Source: the human T2T-CHM13v2.0 reference genome, Homo sapiens. From it: 64,000 nucleotides of DNA. Position 1 is the stretch's first letter; each line of letters opens with the position of its first letter. Shown here in pieces: positions 20,840-36,242 of the stretch. The stretch lies in the NCBI RefSeq assembly GCF_009914755.1, contig NC_060929.1, one strand, 5' to 3'. The notes beneath the pieces are model-generated. The model ran no database searches. It saw nothing but the letters and a program-made list of their open reading frames with translations, and was not told the DNA's origin. The position numbers and the translations under genes are program-made.

Positions 20840-22560
20840 GATGAGGTTCTCAGCGCCCAGGGGTCCGCGGCTTCCGCGAGGGTAGCGTCGGGGGCCGCTG
20901 CAGAGATTGGAAGAGTACCCGCCGGGAATGGGAGGGAAGACGCGGGGAAGGTGGAGAATAGGAATCATGTGTGTTCCTCGAGTGTACAACCCACATTTGA
21001 GTGACAAATCACGAGGACAATCGACAAAAACAACTAAGCGCAAAGCCGCCCGAATCCATCTCCCTCTCTGTGCGTGTGCCTTTTCAACTAACTTTGGGAA
21101 CTCGTATAGACCCAGCGTCGCTCCCCGCGCCGCCTCGCCTCCACTTTGGTTTCCCGCGTCCTGCCCGCCCTCTTCGGTGCCTCCTCTTCCTCCGGGACAA
21201 GGATGGAGGATCTCTTTAGCCCCTCAATTCTGCCGCCGGCGCCCAACATTTCCGTGCCCATCTTGCTGGGCTGGGGTCTCAACCTGACCTTGGGGCAAGG
21301 AGCCCCTGCCTCTGGGCCGCCCAGCCGCCGCGTCCGCCTGGTGTTCCTGGGGGTCATCCTGGTGGTGGCGGTGGCAGGCAACACCACAGTGCTGTGCCGC
21401 CTGTGCGGCGGCGGCGGGCCCTGGGCGGGCCCCAAGCGTCGCAAGATGGACTTCCTGCTGGTGCAGCTGGCCCTGGCGGACCTGTACGCGTGCGGGGGCA
21501 CGGCGCTGTCACAGCTGGCCTGGGAACTGCTGGGCGAGCCCCGCGCGGCCACGGGGGACCTGGCGTGCCGCTTCCTGCAGCTGCTGCAGGCATCCGGGCG
21601 GGGCGCCTCGGCCCACCTCGTGGTGCTCATCGCCCTCGAGCGCCGGCGCGCGGTGCGTCTTCCGCACGGCCGGCCGCTGCCCGCGCGTGCCCTCGCCGCC
21701 CTGGGCTGGCTGCTGGCACTGCTGCTGGCGCTGCCCCCGGCCTTCGTGGTGCGCGGGGACTCCCCCTCGCCGCTGCCGCCGCCGCCGCCGCCAACGTCCC
21801 TGCAGCCAGGCGCGCCCCCGGCCGCCCGCGCCTGGCCGGGGGAGCGTCGCTGCCACGGGATCTTCGCGCCCCTGCCGCGCTGGCACCTGCAGGTCTACGC
21901 GTTCTACGAGGCCGTCGCGGGCTTCGTCGCGCCTGTTACGGTCCTGGGCGTCGCTTGCGGCCACCTACTCTCCGTCTGGTGGCGGCACCGGCCGCAGGCC
22001 CCCGCGGCTGCAGCGCCCTGGTCGGCGAGCCCAGGTCGAGCCCCTGCGCCCAGCGCGCTGCCCCGCGCCAAGGTGCAGAGCCTGAAGATGAGCCTGCTGC
22101 TGGCGCTGCTGTTCGTGGGCTGCGAGCTGCCCTACTTTGCCGCCCGGCTGGCGGCCGCGTGGTCGTCCGGGCCCGCGGGAGACTGGGAGGGAGAGGGCCT
22201 GTCGGCGGCGCTGCGCGTGGTGGCGATGGCCAACAGCGCTCTCAATCCCTTCGTCTACCTCTTCTTCCAGGCGGGCGACTGCCGGCTCCGGCGACAGCTG
22301 CGGAAGCGGCTGGGCTCTCTGTGCTGCGCGCCGCAGGGAGGCGCGGAGGACGAGGAGGGGCCCCGGGGCCACCAGGCGCTCTACCGCCAACGCTGGCCCC
22401 ACCGTCATTATCACCATGCTCGGCGGGAACCGCTGGACGAGGGCGGCTTGCGCCCACCCCCTCCGCGCCCCAGACCCCTGCCTTGCTCCTGCGAAAGTGC
22501 CTTCTAGGTGCTTGGTGGTCAGAGACGGGTCATCTGTCGCTAAGGCGCAACCTCCAGGGA
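20840..22560. promoter_or_regulatory. GPR150: CpG island covering the GPR150 promoter and entire CDS
   Basis: Abrupt shift to very GC-rich, CpG-dense sequence against AT-rich flanks. Confidence 0.9.
21203..22507 (+). CDS. GPR150: GPR150, intronless orphan class A GPCR (434 aa), vasopressin/oxytocin-receptor-related
   Basis: ATG at 21203 in strong Kozak context (AGGATGG). Seven hydrophobic segments with TM1 GN, TM2 LALAD, TM3 Cys, TM7 NSALNPFVY and N-terminal sequons NIS/NLT. TAG at 22505-22507. Confidence 0.96.
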   Translation: MEDLFSPSILPPAPNISVPILLGWGLNLTLGQGAPASGPPSRRVRLVFLGVILVVAVAGNTTVLCRLCGGGGPWAGPKRRKMDFLLVQLALADLYACGGTALSQLAWELLGEPRAATGDLACRFLQLLQASGRGASAHLVVLIALERRRAVRLPHGRPLPARALAALGWLLALLLALPPAFVVRGDSPSPLPPPPPPTSLQPGAPPAARAWPGERRCHGIFAPLPRWHLQVYAFYEAVAGFVAPVTVLGVACGHLLSVWWRHRPQAPAAAAPWSASPGRAPAPSALPRAKVQSLKMSLLLALLFVGCELPYFAARLAAAWSSGPAGDWEGEGLSAALRVVAMANSALNPFVYLFFQAGDCRLRRQLRKRLGSLCCAPQGGAEDEEGPRGHQALYRQRWPHRHYHHARREPLDEGGLRPPPPRPRPLPCSCESAF

Positions 22561-23048
22561 ACTCGAGGCCTGCCAGGGTCTGTCCAGATCACAAGGGGCA
22601 GGAGAGTCTGTGAGAGAGTGACACTGAAGTTGTCCCCTTCCTCCACTCTCCTATTCCCTTCTCATGTTTACATTTCCCTATGCTCTTCCAGTTTCTCTTC
22701 TTCCCTACAGTTCCTCTCATATCTCCCCATTTGGAGACAGTGAGCCACTGGAAAGTTGTAAAAACAAAAACAGTTATTTTTGCAGTTTTCTTTCACGCAT
22801 TTATAGTGCTCTGGATAATGCCATTTATTTTTGCTGATTACCCAACTTTCAGTATTTGCTGTGTTATCATCTGTATTTACTTATTTTGAATCGTGCTTAA
22901 ATCAAATGTACCTTCAGCACCTGCAAGTTTGCCTTTTCTTTCCAGGAGGAAAATCCCCACGTTGCTCTCCCTGGGGAGTCTGAGAATTATACCAGTGCTG
23001 TCAGAAATGTAATCATGCTGTCATTTCAGAGCCACAGAGTATTTATAA

Positions 23049-23054
23049 AATAAA
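23049..23054 (+). terminator. GPR150: Probable GPR150 poly(A) signal AATAAA
   Basis: First canonical hexamer seen after the stop (~540 nt downstream), followed by a T-rich tract at 23080-23092. Confidence 0.7.
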
Positions 23055-24039
23055 AACCTTTCCCACGGAGCAATTGGGACTTTTTTTTTTTTAACATAGT
23101 AATGTATTTTCTCAGAAGAAAATCAGCGTGGCCTTTATTTCCAGTCTAGTTTCCACTTCAACAGAAGCTGAGGTTGTAGGAAGGAAACAAAAGCTTGACT
23201 TGGTGTCTTTCAAATATACTTGGTTTCTGTTGGAAATCGTCCCTGTGCCCCCAGCAGCCTCTAAAGGTGTAATGCTATGCCCAGATGGAGCCTCTCCGTA
23301 CAAAGTCCCCAGCAAACCAGAGAAAGGAAGCTTCAAGGTGGTGCATATGGGTGGGGCTCAGTGTCCCAGATGGAGCCTCAAAGAGATTTGCAGCTAGGAA
23401 GGAAGTCAAAACCTCAGAATGCTGCATGTGTATATAAAACTCCCTTGTTAAAAAAATGAATTCAATGCCTGTTGGTGTGGATAGCTGAGAACAAGGTCAA
23501 GAGCGGATTTGATCAGTAACCTCTTCCTCTCAACTGTTCTTGGTTCTAGACAGAAGTGGCAGCACTTATGAACAATATATCCATGGGTTTATCAGTGATT
23601 TTTGTATGAGGATCTAAAGCTTTCCATTATAGTGTTTCTTGTTCATGCACAAATGCAGACCTAAGATGCAGAAAGGGGAAATGATTGTTTAAAGCTCTTT
23701 GTAGAGCCAATGCTGAGGGCTGTTTTGTTCACTAATATATTCCAAATGCTTAAACAATGCTTGACATGTAGTAGGCTCTCAATATATATTTGTTGAACAA
23801 TTCATCATGTGAGTTAGAGATAGAACAAATAAAAGATATACGAAAGAAAATCTTTACTAAGCTTTCTTTACCTTCCTCCAAAATTTTGACAGCAGATGTT
23901 CCAGAGTTGTAGCTTTTCCTTCCTCTCTTTGTTCCTCCTTACCCTGTTGAGGATGCAATGGTCTGCAAAATACCAGGAATAAATCAGCCAAAGAGAGGAT
24001 ACAGTTGTCTTCATGAACCCAAGTCTAGATTATACCATT

Positions 24040-24620
24040 ATTTATTCATTAATAAACATTTATTACCTGCTTATTTTGTGCCAGTTAATAAGCTAGGCAT
24101 TGGAGATGCTGAGATGAATAAGTCACATTTTTCCCTCAAAGACGTTATAGTCAAATGTAGGAAACAATCTGACAATTACACTGCAGTGTCACCTGTGTTA
24201 TAACAGGGGAATTCAGTCAGGGTGCCAGAAGAACTGAAGAGGAGAATCTGACAATCTTGGGGGACTATGAGGGGACATTAGGAAAGACTCACCAAAAGAA
24301 GCTCTTGAAGGCTGGTTTGGGGGTGACCCTTCAGGTCAGGAAAGGTGTTCTAGGCAACGGGAATAGCACTGCAAAGCATAGAAGAGACAGAACATAGCAT
24401 AGTCAAGTAATGACAATAGCTTTAGGGTGCCTTTGGGGCCTGACCTAATGAGATACGTGGTCAGAGAAATTCAGCCTGGCCCCAGTGAAGACAGGTCTGT
24501 GTGCCAAGCCAAGAAAGCAAAAAGTAGCCTTTGAAGAATTTAATCAGTTATAATTTGACCCAATTTCAATTTTAGAAAGGTCATCTCAATGATGGCATGA
24601 AGGATCACCAAATGGAAGGG
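24040..24620 (-). mobile_element. LINE-2 fragment
   Basis: tttattcattaataaacatttatt...tgtgccag...ctaggcattggagat (reverse L2 3' end). Confidence 0.65.
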
Positions 24621-24890
24621 TAGGGGGGAATTCTTAGATGAGAAATCAAGGCAGAATCTCAGAGAGTCTTCAGAATACGATTCCTAATGTTGGACCACTT
24701 CGAATGCGCTCAAGAGAGATAATAAATTTAAAGCAGCTGAGACAGGTTTTCTGTTTTCTGCAGTTAAGACTACCCTAACAGAAAAGCTTACTCAGCTGGC
24801 TTCAACTTATTATTTCACATGACAAGAAGTCTGGTGGTAGGGCTGTGCCAGGGTTGGTTAAGTAAGTAGCTCAACTTCATAATCAAGGGC

Positions 24891-25420
24891 TGTGACGGTT
24901 AATTTTATGTGTCAACTTGACTGGGTTAAGGGATGCTCAGATAGCTGGTAAAACATCATTTCTGGGTGTGCCTGTGAGGGTGTTTCCAGAAGAAATTAAC
25001 ATTCAAATCGTAGACTGAGTGAAGAAGATCAATCCTCACCAGAGGTGGCAAGCATCATCCCATCTGTTGAGGGCCCACCCAAATAGAACAAAAAGACAGA
25101 GGAAATGTGAATCCTCTCTCTCTCTTCTTGGGCTGCGACACCCATCTTCTCTTGTCCTTGGACAGTTCACTTCTGTTCTTGGGCCTTCAAACTCCAGGAT
25201 TTATACCAGCAGCACAAACCCCCACAGCCCCCATTCTCAGGCCTTCAGACTCAGACTAAATTTTACCACCAGCTTTCCTGGTTCTCCAGCTTGCAGACAG
25301 TATATGGTAGGACTTTTGGGCCTTCATGGTCACGTGAGCCAATTCCCGTAATACATCTCCTCTTATATATCTATATAAATGCTATTGGTTCTGTTTTTCT
25401 GGAGCAGCCTCACTCATACA
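24891..25420 (+). mobile_element. MLT2 (ERVL) solo LTR nested in an older MLT1-type element (~24740-25720)
   Basis: tgtgacggttaattttatgtgtcaacttgactggg...ctcataca with 5-bp TSD AGGGC (24886-24890, 25421-25425). Confidence 0.85.
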
Positions 25421-26949
25421 AGGGCTCAGATCCTTTTCCTCTTTCCAGTCTGCCATCTTGAGTGGTGGACTTGACACTCAGGCCAGTTCCCCTTGAGGTC
25501 ACAAAATGGCTGCTGCAATTCCAGGCATCACATTCAAATGTAACAATGTCCAGAAGAAGAAGGATTTCTCTTTTTTGTACCCTTTATAGAAATGAAACAA
25601 CATGTCTCAGAAGTCCCCAGTAGACTCTCCTAAATGGCTCATTTGCCAGAACTATATCACATGTCCATATTTAGACCTATCATTGCAAGAGAAATGGGGC
25701 CACCATGATTGGCTTGAACATGGAACTGAGCATATGAATTGTATTGAGGGAGGGATGAAAAAACTGAGGCTCTACAGTAAAGAAAGAAGAGGAAATGCTA
25801 GTTAAAAAGGCAAGAATAAAACTTTTAAACTATTGCAAAAGTGTTATCTAGATTGGTTTTTACAATACAACAGGGGTATTCAGCTCATTGTTACCTAGAA
25901 ATTTTGAGAATTCTTCATCTGGGTTGGAAATATAGAATACCAACTCAAGAAGTTAATTTGAAATCCGATTAAACTGATGTTTTCCTAGATTTTGTAGATT
26001 TAGTTAAGCCCAATTTATACGGAAATGCTTCTCTTCTTTAAGCAAGGAATTTCCTCTAATTTTAACCATATCTGAAACTTGAATACATAACTAGATGACT
26101 TGGTTCCCATCCCTGGAGGCATTTGTAGGTTAGGAAATTTGAGATATTTCCTCAGGATGGCCATCCTATTTGTGTTGACCCTAATCTGCATTTCTAGAGG
26201 CAACACAGAGATTCAGCTGTGTCCTAGTCAAGGAGGCCCCTGAAGGTTATTCAGATTTAGACTCTTGCTAGAGTAGAACATAATATTCACATCACACAGC
26301 AAAGGCAAATACACAGGTTGACCCCGAAATTGCTCTCTTTTCTAGGTTATCACCCAAATAGGAAACGACTAGAAGAGAAACCAGATCTACACACTTGCAG
26401 TTTGGAAGAAATCAAAGTTGCCCTATAAAATAGAGACAAACCATTCCTCTATTCTCTACATTTTTTGGAGTTAGATTTTAACCAAACTACTGCACACAGG
26501 ACTTCAGGGAGCACTTTTCATATTGATGAAGATGTGAACATCACCAGCAGAACTGAGCAATGTGGTGGTCCTGATTTTATAGAACTTTAAAGACTAAATG
26601 CAAAGAATTCTACATCTTAAAGAAAAACCTCAGTAACATAAGGCCAAAATAAGTAAATGTGACTTATGTTGTAATTTGAAATGCAAAGAATGCAGAAAAC
26701 ATCCAGGAGTAATAAACCACACTAGTGATTAGTTATAAACAATATTCAAAAAATAGAATAGTCTGGCTTATCTTGTGGAAGACAGATTTAAAGCATTTTT
26801 TTCTAAGGTATGTCCTAAGAAACACAGAAGATGTTAGAAAATTTGAGGAGTTTGCCTTCTATTCCTAAAAATGTTCTGACTTGATCAAAGGGAAAATATT
26901 CTAATAAAAATGAATTGTTCTTCTTAAATTAAAATATATTTTGCTGAGT

Positions 26950-27135
26950 TGGGAGGCAATATAATATTATGAAAAGAGTAGAATATTCAGAGTCTAAAGA
27001 CCTGAACTTGACTTTCATCTGTACAGTTAGTAGCTGTGTGACTTCAGGCGGTTTGCTGAATATTTTTGAGTCTTGGTTTTCTCATCAAGAAAATAGGAGT
27101 TAATACTATGTCCTTCATAGGATAATGTACGCAAA
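26950..27135 (+). mobile_element. MIR
   Basis: tagctgtgtgacttcaggc...gagtcttggttttctcatc. Confidence 0.65.
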
Positions 27136-27349
27136 ATATTTGATTGGGTGGAGGTAAGGGGAATCTAGGTTTGTTTCTTCAGATTCCCTCAATACATGAT
27201 AGCTAATGTTATTTTCTAATACTGGCTATGAGGGATAAAAATCCAATTGAATAATATTACATGAAGGAAAGCAATAGATCTTGGAGAATTGTCATGGAAA
27301 ATTAATGCAGCAATGGTAGTACTTAAAAGTAGGGAGTTGGGCCTTACAG

Positions 27350-27955
27350 AAGGAGTAGTGGGCATTGTTCATTGCCTTCCTAGCATTTATTTCTCCTTTT
27401 CTGACAGTTCTCAGATTCTTATTAGAATGTCTATACCTTTTATAAAAAGTCAGCACTTTGAGGAAACCTCGGTGCTCTCCAACTCCAAGACTGTGACTTG
27501 ATTAGTCCATGCCACTGGAGTAATTTCTCATCCCTCTCGCCACCATATCTCGCTCAGGAATGGTCATGGGATGCAATGAGAGTGAGGGAAGTTTTTTAGG
27601 GAATCTAGGAAGGAATCTTTTAACTCTTCTGGGAAAGCCATAGAAGTTAGCATGTTCAATGTCTGTTCACACTAAAGGTAAATGAGGGAGCATGTAACCC
27701 TAATGGCTGCTGGCAGCCACTTCTCACCAAGAGGGAAGCCAGCCACAAGAGTAAGTCAACATTGTGGATATGGCAAAGTGGAGAGATGAAAAGAACTTAG
27801 GTCCTTAATGAACTCACTGTGCTGACAAGACCAAACGCTACTGAGGCCTGGCTATTGGATGTCCTAGGAAATAAGCCAATACAATTTCTTATTGCTTAAA
27901 GCAGTTGAGTTGAATTTTTTGTTATTTGTAGCACAAAGCAATCTCTAACTGAAGT
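27350..27955 (+). mobile_element. Old ERVL-class LTR (LTR16-like, tentative)
   Basis: ...ggctgctggcagccacttctcacc...taagccaatacaatttcttattgcttaaagcagttgagttg...gttatttgtagc. Confidence 0.5.
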
Positions 27956-28224
27956 AGAAGTTTGGCAAGAAAAAGAGAGTCCCATTTTAGCCTATTGCAT
28001 AATGGCTTATGTTCTTTATCAAAAAATAGGAATATTCCAAGTATACTTTTATTTAGTCCATCAACCAGTATGTACTGAGGCACTGCATTGGACATTGCAT
28101 TGGGCACAATGGGACAAATCCGAGAAAATCCGTTACAACTCTCACATTTTAAAAGCTATGTATTCTACAAAGAACCATAATTTTTATGATAAGCATTTTG
28201 TTGAGAAACCTCAACCTACAGTTA

Positions 28225-28388
28225 TTATTATTTTTATTTTTAGAGACAGGGTCTCACTCTGTCACTCAGGCTGGAGTGTGGTGGGGCAATCACATAACAC
28301 TTCAGTCTTGAACTCCTGGGCTCAGGCAATGCTTCAACCTCAGCCTCCTGAGTACCTGGGATTGCAAGTGTGAGCCACTGTGCCTGGC
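28225..28388 (-). mobile_element. FLAM/AluJ monomer
   Basis: agagacagggtctcactctgtc...gagccactgtgcctggc. Confidence 0.8.
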
Positions 28389-28670
28389 TTCAACCTACAA
28401 TTATTAATGTTACAGAATATTATTTGCAAACTCTTTCTATTGCTAATTTTATTAATTAACTCATTCAATTATTTGATACTTATAAAGATTCATTCTATGC
28501 AAAGCACTATATGACCTTTATTACATACATAGATATATATCACTTATCACAGATACATGTTTCATTTAAAAGTAGCTTTTGAGTGAAAACTTAGGACCAA
28601 CTATTGCTATTATGCTGCCCTTTTCCATGGCCAGATTGGAAAGTGACAATAATAAAATGTGATGGGGTAG

Positions 28671-31424
<2,754 letters not shown>

Positions 31425-31860
31425 GGTAGATTATTACAGTAATGGCCCCCAATGAATAACTCCTCCTAATACCCACTCTTGGGTAATCTTTCCTCACACG
31501 TAGTCTGAATTTGGTCATGTGACCTTCTTTGGCCAATGGGGCATTGTGTACAGATGTTTCACAAGTAGGAACTCAATAAACATTTATACATGACAGCTTG
31601 CCCTTTCAGAAAAGCTGATGTGACATTGTCATGCTATGAAGACCATGTGGAAACAGAGGCCTAACCACTCAGCCATCCCAGCTGGGCATAGCCTCCAACT
31701 GACTCTCCAGCTATTAATAAGTGCACCCGCGTGAGTGGGCCCAGGGGAGATCAACAGAAGAACTGTTGAGTTAACACACAGAACTGTGAGACATAATAAA
31801 TCATTTTAAGCCGGTAAGTTTCAGGGTGGTTTGTTTCACAGCAAAAGGTAACTAAATAAT
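31425..31860 (+). mobile_element. MLT1-type LTR, probably the target of the MST insertion (5' stub at 28658-28670)
   Basis: tgtgatggggtag|attattacagtaatggcccccaatga...ttttaagcc..taagtttcagggtggtttgtttcacagcaa. Confidence 0.65.
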
Positions 31861-32171
31861 CGATAGACTGGTAAAATGGTGGTGAATGCATTAAAAAAGG
31901 GAGTCAGAAAACCCAGATTTCAGAAGACCTGGATTCTAGTCTCCAATAACATGTCAAATTGGGATGTTTAACTGCTTATCATATAATTTGATGAGATTTC
32001 ACACCAATAATGAAATGCGAGAGCTCCAAGGGGAAGGTTAAATTCAAGGGATAGAGTCAGGCCCTAACCAAATCCCCTTTTTTTCTTGTGATGAAGCTCC
32101 TGCTATTGACATACTTTAGCAGTTCTAGTATTGTTGTATTAAGCAAGATATTCAATAGGAATAATAATAAT

Positions 32172-32549
32172 TGTTAAAATAATTAAATAGGAAGCCATTA
32201 GATTGATGTGTCTCTGATGCCCTGGGTTCCTACTTAAGCAAACCAAAAGCTAACTTAGAATTTAAAAGAAAATGAAACTGGAGCTCAGCCAATTACAAGA
32301 GGCCAACTGGGCATTAGTCATATTGTCTTGAACTTCCCACTGGGATAATCCAAATGAGGCAACTGCTTAAACTTTTACCAATAAAATAATTTCTTTGCTC
32401 TGCTTCTGCATTCACCCTATAAAGGGCTTCCCCTTGAACCCTTTCAGAAGAGCCCAAGCCACTGTCAGTTTGGAGCTGCCTGACTCATGAATCACTGTCT
32501 GCCTAAATAAACTCGAAAATTGTAATGTGCCAAAGTTTATCTTTTAACA
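32172..32549 (+). mobile_element. Solo ERV1 LTR (MER93-like)
   Basis: TGTTAAAA...TTTTAACA termini with CCAAT, TATA and AATAAA in order. 4-bp TSD TAAT. Confidence 0.7.
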
Positions 32550-33259
32550 TAATCCTAATAGCTAAAATGTGTTAAATGATTTCTATGAAGCAGGTATATG
32601 CTTGACACTTTACAACCATTAACTAATTTAATCTTCATAGCAACCTGAAAGGCATATATCATAATCATCTCCAGTTTACACATAAGGATACAGATAAACA
32701 ATTGGGGCTAAAGATAACTTGCTCAGCCTGTGTCATGTGCTTCCCCACCTCCTCTGAAAAGATAATAGCCAAGAAGTCAATCGTATCTTAAGCTACAGGT
32801 CTTGCTTTATAACCCTATGTATCTGTTAAAGTCTCAGCCAGGACACACAGTGAGAGAGTATTGGATAGAACATGGCTACCTGAAGAGCAAAATGCATTTT
32901 AGAAAAACAGTATACAATTATGTTAAGCATTTTCATCATTTCAACCCCCAAACAATCCAAGTAAATGATTCATTTGCTGGAAATGGAGAAGAATGTCAGC
33001 TGTCCACCAAAATCCATTCTCCCTTTCTTATGCACTGCTTGGCCAGAGACTACATTTCCCAGCCTACTTTTTACTTAGCTATAGCTGCATGGCTCAGTTC
33101 TCAGCAACAGGATATGAGCAAAAGTTACCAGTGTGTCTTCCGGGGTTGGCCTCCTTCATGTTCTCTTTCCCTTTCCTGTTGGCCAGAACACATGATGTGA
33201 CAGTCACACACTGTGGCAGTGACTCAGGTTCAACCATGCAGATGAGGACAGCATGCTAG

Positions 33260-34793
33260 TGCTAGAGTAGTAGCTGGGCAGACAAGAACAGGGCAGGAGA
33301 GGCCCCCTGCCAGGAATGTCAGGTGATCATCAGATGATAGTCAGGTGTTTGTTAAGTTGTCTCACTAAAATAATAATTGGGCACACCCACCACCAGGGAA
33401 AGGCGGTCTCTTAGCAGATAGAAAACACCTGAACTCGTGATCAGCAGCTTCCTGAAAAAGATCTCAGAAGTTGGGCAAGCGGGCTCAAGCATGTTCACTA
33501 AGGCAAAATGGGGGAGTTGAACTAATATAAGACCTTCCTCTAGGAACACCTGACTGGTATGGGAAAAATGCCTCAAATGAGCATGTGCACAACTTCAGTA
33601 AACACACTGTACATGCTGAGAGCCTGCTCCAAGGAAAAATCAAGGGAGAAGAAACACAAATCTCAGAACCATGACAATGTATAGAAACCCCAAGTCAAGT
33701 GTCGAACAGAGCGCTTGGTTCTCTCTCTCTCTCTCTTTTTTTTTTTTATTATACTTTAAGTTCTAGGGTACATGTGCACAATGTGCAGGTTTGTTACATA
33801 CGTATACATGTGCCATGTTGGTGTGCTGCACCCATTAACTCGTCATTTGCATTAGGTATATCTCCTAATGCTATCCCTCCCCACTCCCCCCACCCAACAA
33901 GGGGCCCCAGTGTGTGATGTTCCCCTTCCTGTGTCCAAGTGTTCTCATTGTTCAGTTCCCACCTATGAGTGAGAACATGCAGTGTTTGGTTTTCTGTCCT
34001 TATGATAGTTTGCTCAGAATGATGGTTTCCAGTTTCATCCATGTCCCTACAAAGGACATGAACTCAACATTTTTTATGGCTGCATAGTATTCCATGGTGT
34101 ATATGTGCCACATTTTCTTAATCCAGTCTATCATTGATGGGCATTTGGGTTGGTTCCAAGTCTTTGCTATTGTGAATAGTGCCACAGTAAACATACGTGT
34201 GCATGTGTCTTTATAGCAGCATGATTTATAATCCGCTGGGTATATACCCAGTAATGGGATGGCTGGGTCAAATGGTATTTCTAGGTCTAGATCCCTGAGG
34301 AATTGCCACACTGTCTTCCACAATGGTTGAACTAGTTTACAGTCCCACCAACGGTGTAAAAGTGTTCCTATTTCTCCATATCCTCTCCAGCATCTGTTGT
34401 TTCCTGACTTTTTAATGATCACCATTCTAACTGGTGTGAGATGGTATCTCATTGTGGTTTTGATTTGCATTTCTCTGATGGCCAGTGATGATGAGCATTT
34501 TTTCATGTGTCTGTTGGCTGCATAAATGTCTTATTTTGAGGAGTGTCTATTCATATCCTTCACCCACTTGTTGATGGGGGCACTTGGATCTCTCAAGTTG
34601 CCCACTGGGCCCTTTTCCAAGCGTACTTCGCTTCCTTTTGTTCCTGCTCTGCAACTTTTTAATAAAATTTAATTCCTGCTCTAAACTTTGTCTCAGCCTC
34701 TCACTCTGCCTTATGCCCCTTGGCGAAATTCTTTCCTTTGAGGAGGCAAGAATTGAGTTGGTGCAGATGCATATAGATTTGCTACTGCTAACA
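33260..34793 (+). mobile_element. MER50-like ERV1 LTR, inside an MLT1-type element (~32990-34950) and interrupted by L1PA
   Basis: tgctagagtag...ggaatgtcaggtgatcatcagatg...gctgctaaca-like end. Confidence 0.7.
33727..34579 (-). mobile_element. 5'-truncated L1PA (~850 bp)
   Basis: Minus [31 protein letters not shown]...[13 protein letters not shown] is the ORF2 C-terminus, followed by 3'UTR and polyA. TSD approximately gc(g/a)cttgg(t/a)tctctc. Confidence 0.95.
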
Positions 34794-34812
34794 CTGGGAG
34801 CTAGCAGAGTAA

Positions 34813-35246
<434 letters not shown>

Positions 35247-35677
35247 CAGATTAGCCTTCATCTCAAATAATATTTTAAGTTGTTAAATTCAATGAGGGTA
35301 TGGGTTTTTTCTTCAGTGTTTTGTCCCAGGGACCCTGTGTGTGTTCCAGGACAGGTTGGTGTGAATTCAGGCGAACCCATGTCTACAATGTGAAACTTCT
35401 CAGAGGTGAGAGGTGGCTGTAGCCAAATCATGCCTGTGGGATATATCTTATATTTGCCCCTAAGGAAGTTATTTAACCTCAGGAGACACCTTTCTTTCTT
35501 TCTTTTTTCTTTTTTTTTTTTTTTCCATCTAAAAGCTGGGAATGTTAAAGAAACCTCATGTCCACAGATAACAGTTCAGGAGCAGGCATCAGAAATGTGG
35601 CAGGCTCTGTATTGCCCACGTTAGCAGCCATTACTCTCCTGCCCTGCTAACAAACCCTGATTTTATTCAGGATCAAC

Positions 35678-36242
35678 GTGTTCAGTTATCTGTTGTTGTG
35701 TAGCATAATATCTCAAACTTTGTGGTATAAAATAACCACCATTTTATTATGTCCATGGATTCTGTGGAGCAGAAGTTTAGACAGAGTACAGAAGTCTGGC
35801 TTGTTTCTGTTCCATGATACATGGGGCCTCGGCAGCGAAGACTGAAATGGCTGGGGCTGGAATCACCTAGGAGCTTCTTCACTTGTATGTCTGGTGCCTG
35901 GGCTGGTGTATTCAAAAGCTGGGCTTATTGGGAACTATCGACCAGAACACCTCCATGTGGACCTCCATGTGGCTTTGGTTTTCTCACTGCAGGGTAGCCT
36001 TGGAGGAGTCAAGCTTCTTATAAGGCAGCTCAAGTTCCCAAAAGCAAGTGTCCTAGTGAACAAGTTAGAAGCCCCCTGGCTTCGTATAACCTTGACTCAG
36101 AAGTCACCTGGCATTACCTCCTTTGTGCTCTTGGTTGAAGCAGGCACAAACCAGCTCAGACTCAAAGGCAGGGAACATACACCCCACCTTCTTACAGAAG
36201 GAGTGTCAAAGAATTTGCCATCGTAGGTTAACGCTACCACAT
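35678..36242 (-). mobile_element. MLT1 (F/G/H-type) LTR
   Basis: cagttatctgttgttgtgtagca...catggattctgtggagcagaagtttagacag. Confidence 0.65.

Noticed and set aside
21146-21202. 19-aa N-terminal extension of GPR150 in the ORF track
   Set aside because: It depends on a TTG start. The ATG at 21203 has strong Kozak context and gives the expected 434 aa.
21776-21793. (CCG)5CCA poly-Pro run in ECL2
   Set aside because: Too short to be an unstable trinucleotide repeat.
21088-22613. Several 70-180 aa antisense and off-frame ORFs over GPR150
   Set aside because: Arg/Pro/Ala/Gly-rich low-complexity products expected from stop-codon depletion in a CpG island.
34000-34506. 168-aa minus-strand ORF
   Set aside because: It is the L1 ORF2 C-terminus of a 5'-truncated L1PA with no promoter. 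Cys positions appear mutated (CWRGYGE, LHRWWDC).
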